A stretch of DNA of 52,273 bases from Archaeoglobus sp. JdFR-37 (GTDB lineage: Archaea; Halobacteriota; Archaeoglobi; Archaeoglobales; Archaeoglobaceae), in the NCBI GenBank assembly GCA_002010215.1, contig MTMY01000007.1, forward strand, positions 62,001 to 114,273. Direction: 5' to 3'. The position numbers were made by a program, and so were the translations under genes. The notes under the pieces are model-generated. The model did no database searches, was not told the DNA's origin, and was given only the letters and a program-made list of their open reading frames with translations. This document shows positions 20,102 to 29,566 of the stretch, in pieces. Each line of letters opens with the position of its first letter. Position 1 is the stretch's first letter.

Positions 20102-20117
20102 GCAAAACCTTTAAAAA
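20102..20117 (+). promoter_or_regulatory. BRE-TATA promoter of tRNA-Ser
   Basis: GCAAAACC-TTTAAAAA about 46 bp upstream of the mature tRNA start. Confidence 0.55.
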
Positions 20118-20162
20118 TCCCTGAAAAATGATTTTTTAGTGCCGTCATAATTATCCAAAGCT

Positions 20163-20243
20163 GCCGGGGTTGCCGAGTGGTAAGGCGTCGGTCTGCTAAA
20201 CCGATGGGCTCTGCCCGCGTGGGTTCGAATCCCACCCCCGGCG
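20163..20243 (+). tRNA. tRNA-Ser(GCT)
   Basis: Acceptor GCCGGGG/CCCCGGC, anticodon arm TCGGT-CTGCTAA-ACCGA, long variable arm GGGC/GCCC, T-arm GTGGG-TTCGAAT-CCCAC, discriminator G. No encoded CCA and no intron. Confidence 0.97.
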
Positions 20244-20454
20244 TGTCTCCTTTTGGTTCAACGCCTTTTTACACTGTTTTATATGCCTATAGGATCCACT
20301 ATCACCCAGTAAAAACACTTCATTAATAAAATGATGTTAAACTACTATCTCACTAGCCATGGCATTATAGAGAAAAGATATCGTTGAGGAAAGAAAAGAC
20401 GAATAATCATGAGATACATCTCAACAAACGTGTATTTATGTTACACTAATATAA

Positions 20455-20922
20455 TCAAACAGTTTGGACATTTCTTTTAAATCTTTTTGCGAACTCCCTC
20501 AAAGTCCCTGCAATTATATCCATTGATTTATACTGCTTACTTTCACCAAATGTATTTCTAGTAATAAATACCAATTCTACAATAGAGGAAATATTTTTAC
20601 CGGCTCTTGAAAGTTGTCCATCAAGCACTTCTTTTAGATACCAATCCCATTTTGCTGGATTTGGTGACCTCCTGTTAATCAAGATGTAACTAGCAACAAT
20701 GGGTGCAAGATCAGGTCTCAACGAATAAACTCTTGTATTTTTTTCTGCCGAAATTGATTCTAACCCTTCCCAAACGCTCGGATTTTCCACTATCCTATTA
20801 AAAACATGTAGTGCTGCATCCCCTGTCACTTTCGCGATAGGGGTTTTATCTCTCGAATATAACGTTAATTCAGGTCTCTTTTTTTCCTTAAGCATGAGGT
20901 AATAATCTGGTGTTACATCCAT
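20455..20922 (-). CDS. Small hypothetical, last gene of the DUF499/DUF1156 operon (positional analogue of DUF3780)
   Basis: GGAGGTG RBS overlapping the stop of the upstream PglZ-like gene. Family assignment is positional only. Confidence 0.65.
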   Translation of the reverse strand: MDVTPDYYLMLKEKKRPELTLYSRDKTPIAKVTGDAALHVFNRIVENPSVWEGLESISAEKNTRVYSLRPDLAPIVASYILINRRSPNPAKWDWYLKEVLDGQLSRAGKNISSIVELVFITRNTFGESKQYKSMDIIAGTLREFAKRFKRNVQTV

Positions 20923-20927
20923 TCGAT

Positions 20928-21713
20928 TCACCTCCAAGAAATTAGATAAAGAGCATACTTGCTAAATTTAAGTGTTCCCTCTTCCGATGGATGTGTAACA
21001 TAAAGGACATTACTCCTTTCTATAACGTTGTAGCCATGATCTGAAGTTAATAGGATGCTACCGTACTTAGTGGTTAATTGTAATACTTTCTCAAATATCT
21101 TTTCAATAGGAACTGCTTGAATAAAATCTCTAACATGAATGAATGATGAAGCATGTACAAGTCTATCGAAATAAGACAATTTGTCATTATAGGTTGCGTT
21201 AAAGCGTTCAGACAGTAATTCGGAAAATTTCTTGATCGTACCAAACTCTCCGAGCTGCTTTGTTAAATAACTAGTCACACCACCAATATTTACAAAATAA
21301 ATGTTAGGAATAGTTGCATTTAATTTCTTCTTTTTTAGTCCTGTTAAAATCGTTATCACCTCTATGGGTGAAAAGCAGTCAATTACATAGACGGAATCGA
21401 CCCCATCTATTTTCTTTTTAAGCTGCTTAATCACAAATTCGAGGTCAGAATACTCAACTTTTACTTCAAGAGCACCCAACAATTTTCTTGCAACCCTCAC
21501 ACCTTCGAAAAAGGGGTCAAATAGTATTCTCTCGTAAATGGTTGTTAAGTCCGGAATAGAGGTTTTCAAAAGTAAGACCTTTTCGCTTTCTTGTATACCA
21601 AAACCGGCTCTCAAAAAGGTTGCAAATACTAGGCGGTATATCTCCCCGATTTCAGCATTGGGAAAACTCTGGTCGATTATTTCTGAAAGTTCATCAGATA
21701 TGGCTGATATCAT
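20928..21713 (-). CDS. Minimal PglZ-like alkaline-phosphatase-fold protein
   Basis: VYVIDCFS and LLTSDHGY motifs. ATGA overlap with the ATPase gene. Confidence 0.7.
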   Translation of the reverse strand: MISAISDELSEIIDQSFPNAEIGEIYRLVFATFLRAGFGIQESEKVLLLKTSIPDLTTIYERILFDPFFEGVRVARKLLGALEVKVEYSDLEFVIKQLKKKIDGVDSVYVIDCFSPIEVITILTGLKKKKLNATIPNIYFVNIGGVTSYLTKQLGEFGTIKKFSELLSERFNATYNDKLSYFDRLVHASSFIHVRDFIQAVPIEKIFEKVLQLTTKYGSILLTSDHGYNVIERSNVLYVTHPSEEGTLKFSKYALYLISWR

Positions 21714-24700
21714 TCTACCCGTGCAGATTTGAGATATTGAGCGATTTCCTGTTTTTCAACACTTCTATTTTGCAAGTGAAGCGTTAGTTCGGGAGCGGAT
21801 TTGAACCTCTTTGCTAAGGCAAGGATAAATCTCATTATCACATCTAAGTCCTCCCTTTCGATTTTACCCATTTTTATGTCTATATTAAAGTCTTTAAAAT
21901 TCATTGCTATACGTCCCCCTTCAATGAACCTTTCTTTCTCCTGAACGAACCTTAAGACATCACTTATACACTTTTCATCTGCTATTTGATAAATAATTTT
22001 CTTTGCATAATCTTTTTCCTCTTTCTCCTCTTTTACAGCAAACTTCAGCATGTATTCGTCATCCGGGGTTGTTAGCTCATGTAATGATTCAATAACAAAC
22101 CTGTATTCCCCTTCTGTTTTTGGTAAAGGCACTTCAAATGCTAATTCCACACTTTCTCCAGTCTCTAATTTCCCAGCAGGATAAGATTCTATGAGACTTC
22201 CATCATCCGCATTCTTTATCCTTACTATGCAGTTACCAGTTGCACCCTCATTAATTACTTTTACCGATACCTTAACGATTTCACCAGGGTCGTAAAACAG
22301 CTTATATGGGGAGTACGAAACTTTTAATATCATTTTTGGCTCTTTTGGATGGTATTCAAATCTAATTTTCTTATCAGAACGATCGACTTTTATCCTGACT
22401 ACTTTATCTGGGAAGTCAATGATTTTGTTATTTAGTTTGTTAAGTGCCTCATTGGCGAGATCCACATTAATAGGCAGAACACCATAATTACCCACTATGA
22501 AGTTTTCAAATACTTCCTCAAGACTTATGTATTCCTTCCCATTTTCTGCAACGACTTCAACTATTTTTTTGTATATAACATCTCTAAGCGCTCCTGCATT
22601 ATCTTCAAAGCCTACTATACTGAGAATTTCCTCTAAAAACTTCCCAACAATGTTTGAGTACTCTTCAAGTTTTCCTGCGGATCTACCAACCAAGTGTTTA
22701 ATTTTCTCATCTTTCTTTTTATAGAATGCATCTGATGAAGTATAGCATTTCTCCTGAACCTTATAGTAAATTGGTTTTTCATAGATTGATAAGATGCTGG
22801 CGATAATCTCTCTACCATTTCTAATCTGCTGCTGATTTGCAGAATTCCTTGCATCCCTAATCTGCTGTTGAATGGCTATACTAAGCTGCCTCATAATATT
22901 TTTCTCGTCTATTTCTTCTCGTTTTCTAATAATTTCTTGTCTTATCTCCTCAGAGTACTTCTTAATAACTTCTTGTTCTTCTTTCAGGTAATCTAAAAAT
23001 CGTGCTGTTGCTGTGTAATCGATGAGAGTATCAACGGCAGTCTTTAGCTTAGATGTATTTGGCAATGCAACGATTAAAAACGGCGGTCTGTTCACTTCAT
23101 TAAGAAGTTCATTTATTCTTTTCGTTATTTCATCCAAAACTAAGTCATAACCTCTTAATTCTATTGCGTTGAAAAGCTGCAAATCCCAAGGTGGGATAAG
23201 GACTATGTTAGGTTTATCAAATTCCAGAGACTGTAAGAATTTTCCTGAGACCAACGACTCAAAATCCTCTGTTACAATTCTGCTTTTATTTCCACGCAAT
23301 CTTAAAAAGATGCCATATAATCTGGAGTTCCGGAGGTAATTCGGAACCCCCATTTCCTCAACTTTCTTCCTTTCCTCTATAATATGGGATTCCCTAATGC
23401 TAAAGATATGTTTTATTACTGATGGGAAGTAGTATCTGTCTCCATTTAAAGTCCGCTCCACTACCCTTGCACTTCGGATTTTTAATTCTGTTAAGGCATT
23501 TGGATATGATTCGAGGATATCGTTGACTTCATCACTTTTTGTTGTAGAGATGATAGATGCCTGAATATCTTTAACTGTAGTTCCATATTTTTTACTTTTT
23601 TCACCAAGTTCTATTAAAGCTAAAATATTTGAGGTTGTACCCTTTGATAAAATAACTTTGCTTATGACGTCAACAACTTTAGGATTGTTTGAGGATTCAA
23701 TTGCTTTAGAAATATCGGAAAGAATCGAGAACCACTCGATCTGGGCAGCATCATCAAGAGTGTCATGTAATGAAGCCTGATTTAGGCTTAAAAATCTAAC
23801 GCCTAGCGTAGGGACTTCTGGCTCTGAGATCAATGCAGATTTTGCAGCATCTTTTAATATACTGATAACGGTTCTAACATATTCAGTTCTTGGAAACTCC
23901 GATAGATCATGAACTTTCCTAAGTAAATTTGAAAGATCCGGAGAGAGAGGATAGTACTGCTTGATCTCTGATAAATAATTCTGAAGTTCTGTCTCATCAT
24001 CAAAAACTTGATATTGTCTTAGAATTGACTCAATGTAGTCTATAACAGAGTTCTTTGCTTTTTCAATATCGCTTATAGTTCTAAAAACTCTAAACTTTGC
24101 AATTTCTATGTTTTGGCGTGGGCTAACTTGCAATGGGGTAGCTTCTAAACCACCTGTGTACCTCTTTAACCGTTCCCTCAAGTCAACTTCTATTAATGTT
24201 TTTAACCCCTCAATCTTCTTCGAAAAACTTTCGTCATCTGCATAGTACTTGATTTTACCATCAAGAGAACGCAAATCTTGCTCAGCTAAAGCATATACTA
24301 TAACCAAGGATACCCCGATTCTCTGCAATTCTTCTGCTGCTGAGGATAAGAAGCTTATAAGTTTTCTTGCATCATCTATCAGCTCATCATTTTTCTGATC
24401 TTTTGCTGTATCTATTCTTTTAATTATCCCATAGCCGAGTTCATCGATAAGCAGAAGGATTCTTGGCATTTTTCCATATTTTTTCAACTCCTCGGCAAAT
24501 CTTACAAAAAAAGCAATGAGCTCTGAGGGATTATTTGAAAGTTTGTATTCATCGTGAGTTTCGAAGAGGTTTATTAGAGTCCTTATCATCTCTGGATCCT
24601 TGTTGAAGGTTACATCTTTAGCATAGGCTTTAAGAAGCTCTACAAGTGTCTTCAATGGAGGCTCTTTATCACTAACATCACATGCAAGTACAACAGTTTG

Positions 24701-25048
24701 TCGAATCAGCTCTTGTTGTGGGATTAATTCAGGAGGCAATCCATCTAATTCACCCTTGCTAAAGATGTGCCATAGTATTATCATAGAATGGGTTTTACCA
24801 AAACCAAAGCCTTTAACCAGTGGAAATGGAGTTGTACCGGGTTTAGACAGTCCATTAGCAACGCTTTTTACAAATAGCTTAAGTGGATCGGTAAAACAAG
24901 TGTTCTCAAAGACATATTTAGCATTGCCAAATCTTGTAGGATGTTTTGAACCCAAACTTCTCATTACTGCAGCATGAAGGCTTGGAGTAAGTTCTTCTGG
25001 TTCATCAATCTCCAGATTGAATTTCACCACTTCTCCTATTGGGATCAT
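21710..25048 (-). CDS. DUF499-type large AAA+ ATPase (BrxC/PglY-like) with C-terminal Ig-like domain
   Basis: Walker A GFGFGKTH, Walker B LLLIDE, YYPLSP motif, beta-rich PGEIVKVSVKVINEG...GEYRFVIE domain. Confidence 0.8.
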   Translation of the reverse strand: MIPIGEVVKFNLEIDEPEELTPSLHAAVMRSLGSKHPTRFGNAKYVFENTCFTDPLKLFVKSVANGLSKPGTTPFPLVKGFGFGKTHSMIILWHIFSKGELDGLPPELIPQQELIRQTVVLACDVSDKEPPLKTLVELLKAYAKDVTFNKDPEMIRTLINLFETHDEYKLSNNPSELIAFFVRFAEELKKYGKMPRILLLIDELGYGIIKRIDTAKDQKNDELIDDARKLISFLSSAAEELQRIGVSLVIVYALAEQDLRSLDGKIKYYADDESFSKKIEGLKTLIEVDLRERLKRYTGGLEATPLQVSPRQNIEIAKFRVFRTISDIEKAKNSVIDYIESILRQYQVFDDETELQNYLSEIKQYYPLSPDLSNLLRKVHDLSEFPRTEYVRTVISILKDAAKSALISEPEVPTLGVRFLSLNQASLHDTLDDAAQIEWFSILSDISKAIESSNNPKVVDVISKVILSKGTTSNILALIELGEKSKKYGTTVKDIQASIISTTKSDEVNDILESYPNALTELKIRSARVVERTLNGDRYYFPSVIKHIFSIRESHIIEERKKVEEMGVPNYLRNSRLYGIFLRLRGNKSRIVTEDFESLVSGKFLQSLEFDKPNIVLIPPWDLQLFNAIELRGYDLVLDEITKRINELLNEVNRPPFLIVALPNTSKLKTAVDTLIDYTATARFLDYLKEEQEVIKKYSEEIRQEIIRKREEIDEKNIMRQLSIAIQQQIRDARNSANQQQIRNGREIIASILSIYEKPIYYKVQEKCYTSSDAFYKKKDEKIKHLVGRSAGKLEEYSNIVGKFLEEILSIVGFEDNAGALRDVIYKKIVEVVAENGKEYISLEEVFENFIVGNYGVLPINVDLANEALNKLNNKIIDFPDKVVRIKVDRSDKKIRFEYHPKEPKMILKVSYSPYKLFYDPGEIVKVSVKVINEGATGNCIVRIKNADDGSLIESYPAGKLETGESVELAFEVPLPKTEGEYRFVIESLHELTTPDDEYMLKFAVKEEKEEKDYAKKIIYQIADEKCISDVLRFVQEKERFIEGGRIAMNFKDFNIDIKMGKIEREDLDVIMRFILALAKRFKSAPELTLHLQNRSVEKQEIAQYLKSARVE

Positions 25049-25052
25049 GCTA

Positions 25053-28031
25053 TCACCCTAAGAAGTCATCAAGACGAGTTAAAATTCTGCCTTTCGGTTT
25101 GACCTCTATTTGGACATCTCCTACTACTAAATGTGCTAAAGTCTCTGATATAATTTTACGTAGCTGCTCTGGCTCAACCTTAGCCAATCCCTCCAGATCT
25201 GAATCTGGAGCAGTTGCAAGCAATACCAACGCTAAGGCTGCATCAAATTCAATTTCATTTAAGTATTCTGCAAGGTTTTCATTTTCGGCTATTTCTTTAG
25301 CTCTTACAGCTGGCGTTCCACCAGTTATTGCTGCAAGATATGTCAGATAAATGGCTCTTCCGACAGGTGTTTTTAGGAATGTTTTAATATCTGTTTTTAT
25401 CTTTCCAGTTGAATAATCTTTCACATAAAGAAGTTTAAATATACTATTCTCTTTTTTAATCAATCCAGCTTTCGAGAGACTTTTTTCGTCATATCCACAG
25501 AGTTTTGAAACCATTTGCGTAAAATCAAAGCTAAGCAAGAGGGGGTCGTCATACAGGCTTCCGTCCATCTTCACATGAGATATCATCCATAGGGAGAGGT
25601 AGGAACGAGAAGATGCATCCAACAGCAACCTTTTCTCAATTTTTTCAGTTAGAACAGATGATTTTTCTTCTTCAAATCTAATATAACCAGTCTTACTAAA
25701 TATTCTGTTTAAGAGAGGTGCAAAGAACTCCCTTATGGCTAAAGTTATGGCCGGGGAGTAAAGCTCGTTGAATTTAACATCGAAAGGTAGCTCGTATTTA
25801 GTAATAACGCTCATCGCTGTGCTGAAGACAATGGCGATGGCATCTGCAGTCGTTATGTCGAGATCTTTGATCAGATTCCGGGCATCATCGACAGCTAATT
25901 TGACGGTATTTTCAAATTCCTCATTAATCAGCAGGGATTCAAGGACATCTGTGCTTCTTATTCCAGTTAGTAGCTTTCTTTCTCCTTTCTTAGCCACTAT
26001 GGCTAAGGTAACTTGTTGTGCTACCTGATTTACCTGTTTTTTGTATCGAGTTGGCATTTCTGTATACAGCGGGTAAACCTTTGGAACTACATAGTTTGAC
26101 TCATAGATGGACTCGCCAACTGTTTGCCAAGCTTCTGCTTTGGGATGGGTGAACCAGAGAATGAGGTAGCCATCATCTTTGAGCACCTTGTAAGTCTCTT
26201 TAACGAATTTTTTGAAAAGTTGGTTAAACCTTTCATCCCCATTTCCTTTCCTTGCAACCACTTCTTCATCTCTTGGCAGTGTTGGATTGCTGTAATCCCA
26301 GTTTTCAAGTTTTGAGTCCTTGAAGAGGATGGGTAAAACTGGCATTAGTGCTCTTCTTAGAATTGGCCAAAATAGTTCGCTTTTGTCGCTGTAAATTACC
26401 TGCTCGTAGTATGGTGGATCGACGTTTATCACGTCGATTTTCTCGTCTATTATCTTTGATAGCTGTGTTGCATCGGCTTGGTAAATTTTAACGTTGTTGT
26501 TTGGATTTTCTTTGAATTGGTCAGTTAGGAATCTTAGTACGGGAAGAATTCCGCCAGTAGTCTTTCCGTATTTTCTTTTTTCTGCTATTTCCGGTTCAAG
26601 TGCCCATTCTAAGCTTCTTTTTGGTAAAGTTACAACCATTTCTACGTATTCAGCCCTGAAGTCCATCGTGCTCTCCCCTCTAAGAAAAGGTGAAATATTT
26701 GCGTTTCCTCTATGCCAGGTAGTCCCAAGCATATTATAATTGGCAATTTTATCAATTGCAAAGACAATATAAAGCATTGCCGCGATCCCAAGCTCACCTC
26801 TCTCGTTATACAGTTCCAAAGCCCTCTCTGCAACGTACTTTGAAAGTTCAGCTAAAACCAGAAGTTGTCTCGGGTTAAAGAGCATGTACCATTTCGGCTT
26901 AATTTCGTCACCCACTAGATTTCTAAAAGTAGAGACCCATTGATTTTCTTCTGGAATTTCATCTAACGGAATGTAACTCTGAAGCTCGAAAATTTTGTTC
27001 GATAATTCCTTAAAGGCGTTTATGAGCTTCTTTCTCTCTTCTTCATCGTGATAAATAGCATAAAACTGGTTACCAACCTGTTTTACTAATGGGATATGGA
27101 TTTCAAGCATCTTTTCTTCAAGCCCATTTGTAGGTTCCAAATCTTCAACGACTCTCTTTATTAGATTGGCATGTTCTTTAAACCACCTTGCAAATGCATG
27201 GTCATTTCCTCTTCCTCTGAGCTTGAATAACTGGTTGCAGTAGGGACATTCGGCAAAAACATCTCCTTTTTTCTTTACTTTTTTAAGTCTCCAATTTTGT
27301 GGCACATCTGTTGTTTCGACTTTGAACGTCTTATTTTCTTTATCAAATTCTATTTTCAGAAATCTATTTTTGAAGGACTCTTTTTTTGTTATCTCTGGGA
27401 AAATACCAGCTACTGGAATTAAACCATTGCAGTGAGGACATCTTACACCTCTCGCAAAAATGTAGTTTTCAGCATCACTATAAAAACCACCCAAAATTTC
27501 CTTAGCTTTCTCAATAAAATCTTTGGCCTCCTTTAACGCTAAATCAAACAATTCTTCACCATACTTTGCAGGAAATTCTACTGTGGCTTTTAGAATGAGG
27601 TACGCCACAGGATTGTAATCAATAGCAATCGTTCTAAAGCTAAGCCTCGCAGCCTCAACAGGAATTGAGCCTCCACCAGCCATTGGATCGAGAACCGTAA
27701 TGCCAGATGGGTCAATATACTGACTAAGCTTTCCTATATGGGGTTGTGACATATAAATTACCTTTGGTCCCTTTTTACTCATTTTAATCTGATACAAACC
27801 AACGATTTGTTCGAATTCTTCCTCGCTAAAATCTTTTCCATTAACTTCAGCAGGTAATATTGCCGCCGTAGTCAATACTCTCGCCAATCCAGCTGGTCTT
27901 CTGGCAAACCACGTGTGGATGTTGTGAACCTTTGGATATGTTATTGAGCCTCTGCCAGCCTTGTAACCAGCTTCTTTGACTCCTATTTCATTAACCGCAA
28001 CAAGATCGAACCCTTTCTCAATAAGCCTCAT
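25053..28031 (-). CDS. DUF1156-domain adenine-specific DNA methyltransferase
   Basis: IHTWFARRP (DUF1156), motif I LDPMAGGGSIP, CPHC/CPYC zinc pair, motif IV VDPPY. Confidence 0.9.
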   Translation of the reverse strand: MRLIEKGFDLVAVNEIGVKEAGYKAGRGSITYPKVHNIHTWFARRPAGLARVLTTAAILPAEVNGKDFSEEEFEQIVGLYQIKMSKKGPKVIYMSQPHIGKLSQYIDPSGITVLDPMAGGGSIPVEAARLSFRTIAIDYNPVAYLILKATVEFPAKYGEELFDLALKEAKDFIEKAKEILGGFYSDAENYIFARGVRCPHCNGLIPVAGIFPEITKKESFKNRFLKIEFDKENKTFKVETTDVPQNWRLKKVKKKGDVFAECPYCNQLFKLRGRGNDHAFARWFKEHANLIKRVVEDLEPTNGLEEKMLEIHIPLVKQVGNQFYAIYHDEEERKKLINAFKELSNKIFELQSYIPLDEIPEENQWVSTFRNLVGDEIKPKWYMLFNPRQLLVLAELSKYVAERALELYNERGELGIAAMLYIVFAIDKIANYNMLGTTWHRGNANISPFLRGESTMDFRAEYVEMVVTLPKRSLEWALEPEIAEKRKYGKTTGGILPVLRFLTDQFKENPNNNVKIYQADATQLSKIIDEKIDVINVDPPYYEQVIYSDKSELFWPILRRALMPVLPILFKDSKLENWDYSNPTLPRDEEVVARKGNGDERFNQLFKKFVKETYKVLKDDGYLILWFTHPKAEAWQTVGESIYESNYVVPKVYPLYTEMPTRYKKQVNQVAQQVTLAIVAKKGERKLLTGIRSTDVLESLLINEEFENTVKLAVDDARNLIKDLDITTADAIAIVFSTAMSVITKYELPFDVKFNELYSPAITLAIREFFAPLLNRIFSKTGYIRFEEEKSSVLTEKIEKRLLLDASSRSYLSLWMISHVKMDGSLYDDPLLLSFDFTQMVSKLCGYDEKSLSKAGLIKKENSIFKLLYVKDYSTGKIKTDIKTFLKTPVGRAIYLTYLAAITGGTPAVRAKEIAENENLAEYLNEIEFDAALALVLLATAPDSDLEGLAKVEPEQLRKIISETLAHLVVGDVQIEVKPKGRILTRLDDFLG

Positions 28032-28482
28032 TTACTCACCTTCTCCAACCATGCCTTTAAACACTGAGCATAAGGTCCAAGACCTCCGCCACTTATGTAT
28101 GTACCCTCTGCATTGGTAATTTTTTCAATATCACCAATAGCTTTTCTAAATTTCTCCCCAAGGCTACAAAGACTTCATCATACTCTTTTTCAAAAATTTT
28201 CTTTAAAAATTCGACATTCCTCTTCACGACCTCTTTAGGCACATCTTTTGGCCCAAATCCACTCCAGCTATCCTCTTTTGGCTTCTTGTAAGGCAACTGA
28301 TCTTCAGCCCAAACTAACTCCAAATCTTCGGTAAGAACAAGGACGTCTACCTTATCTGACTTCAAATTCCTTCTAAGAACCCTGTATAGCACTCCATCGT
28401 ATCTTTCGATAGCTGGTAGAGGTTTAGCATCGCTCTTCCTTCTGTAGCTTGGAGGCATGATGAGTAGTTTTCTTGACATCAA
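28028..28482 (-). pseudogene. DUF6884/YaaA-like protein with single-base frameshift
   Basis: RRK...PAIERYDG.LYRVLR motif. Adding one G to the G4 run (28156-28159) gives ...ALGEKFRKAIG...GGGLGPYAQCLKAWLEKVSK*, whose TGA overlaps the methylase ATG. Confidence 0.7.
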
Positions 28483-28639
28483 TTTCGCGTAATCGATTAA
28501 CTTAATTAAAGTTTCTTTCTTGCTTGCCCTTTATCATAAACTGAAAATACATATCTTAAACCACCTTTACTAATCTTTTCTAAGAAAATTTTAATATAGG
28601 ATTATTGCAAATCAGATTCAAAAGCATTATGGTGGGCTT

Positions 28640-29566
28640 ATGCCCCTAACTCCTGAAGAAAGAAGACGTTTGGTCGAAGAGTTGTTATTAGGTGAGGTTA
28701 TAGGAGATATTAGAAGCGTCCCAGTTAGTGTGTCCAAAACCCACCTCAAACTCGAGAAAGACATTGAACCTAAATCTTTACTCAAACAAACTGCGCAGTT
28801 TTTGGAAGAGTATCTGTACACAAAAGACCCCAAAAAACTGAAAGAAGGCTTTACGGAACCAATTGTAGATGAAAATGAAATGGAGGTTTGGTATTTTAAG
28901 CAAAGCCCAAGAAAAGTCGTCATCCCGAAGGTCAAGTATCTCGATAAACAGTATATTAGTGATGTACTTCCACCAAATAGAGTCTATTTGTATGTAAGAG
29001 CAAATAGAAACTTAGTCGAAATCTATAGATTTGGTGGAAATGACGAATTTGCAAGGAAAGCAATTGATAAGCTTTTAAGATCTATAAAAAAAGCAGTAAC
29101 ATCATCATTTGAAACTATTCGACCTGGTTTTTCTCCTTCTGATATGTATGAAATTATGAGGCGATTAGGTTTGATAACATACATTAACGTTGATCCAATG
29201 GATAACGAGAAATTCTTTAAGGCAATAGAACGGGGATCGGGTAAGAAGCCAGTTTTAGAATATGCTGTCTCTGAAATTATGATAAAGGGGTATAAAATCA
29301 CAAACTCCCCGAAAATTAGAGAGATATTGAGAGAAGAGAAGATAAAAATCACAGAATTGATTGGTGATATAAAATATCAGGGAAGAAAAATTAAAGTTTG
29401 GGTTAAAGATAGCGGAAAAATAACCTTCTTCCTATCCCCAACCATTGCAGGAACAGACGACGAGGATGAAATAAAAAAGTACGGTATTGACCTCTATGAA
29501 GAGCTCTCAAGGATCGAGGAGATGATGGAAGGGCCGATAGGCCTTGCAAAATGGGGTATAAAATGA
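28640..29566 (+). CDS. Hypothetical protein, divergent from the methylase operon
   Basis: 308 aa ORF with GGTGGG RBS. ATGA-coupled to the next gene. Confidence 0.8.
   Translation: MPLTPEERRRLVEELLLGEVIGDIRSVPVSVSKTHLKLEKDIEPKSLLKQTAQFLEEYLYTKDPKKLKEGFTEPIVDENEMEVWYFKQSPRKVVIPKVKYLDKQYISDVLPPNRVYLYVRANRNLVEIYRFGGNDEFARKAIDKLLRSIKKAVTSSFETIRPGFSPSDMYEIMRRLGLITYINVDPMDNEKFFKAIERGSGKKPVLEYAVSEIMIKGYKITNSPKIREILREEKIKITELIGDIKYQGRKIKVWVKDSGKITFFLSPTIAGTDDEDEIKKYGIDLYEELSRIEEMMEGPIGLAKWGIK

Noticed and set aside
20011..20235. 74-aa ORF MGFEPTRAEPIG...
   Set aside because: Antisense translation of tRNA-Ser, a classic spurious ORF.
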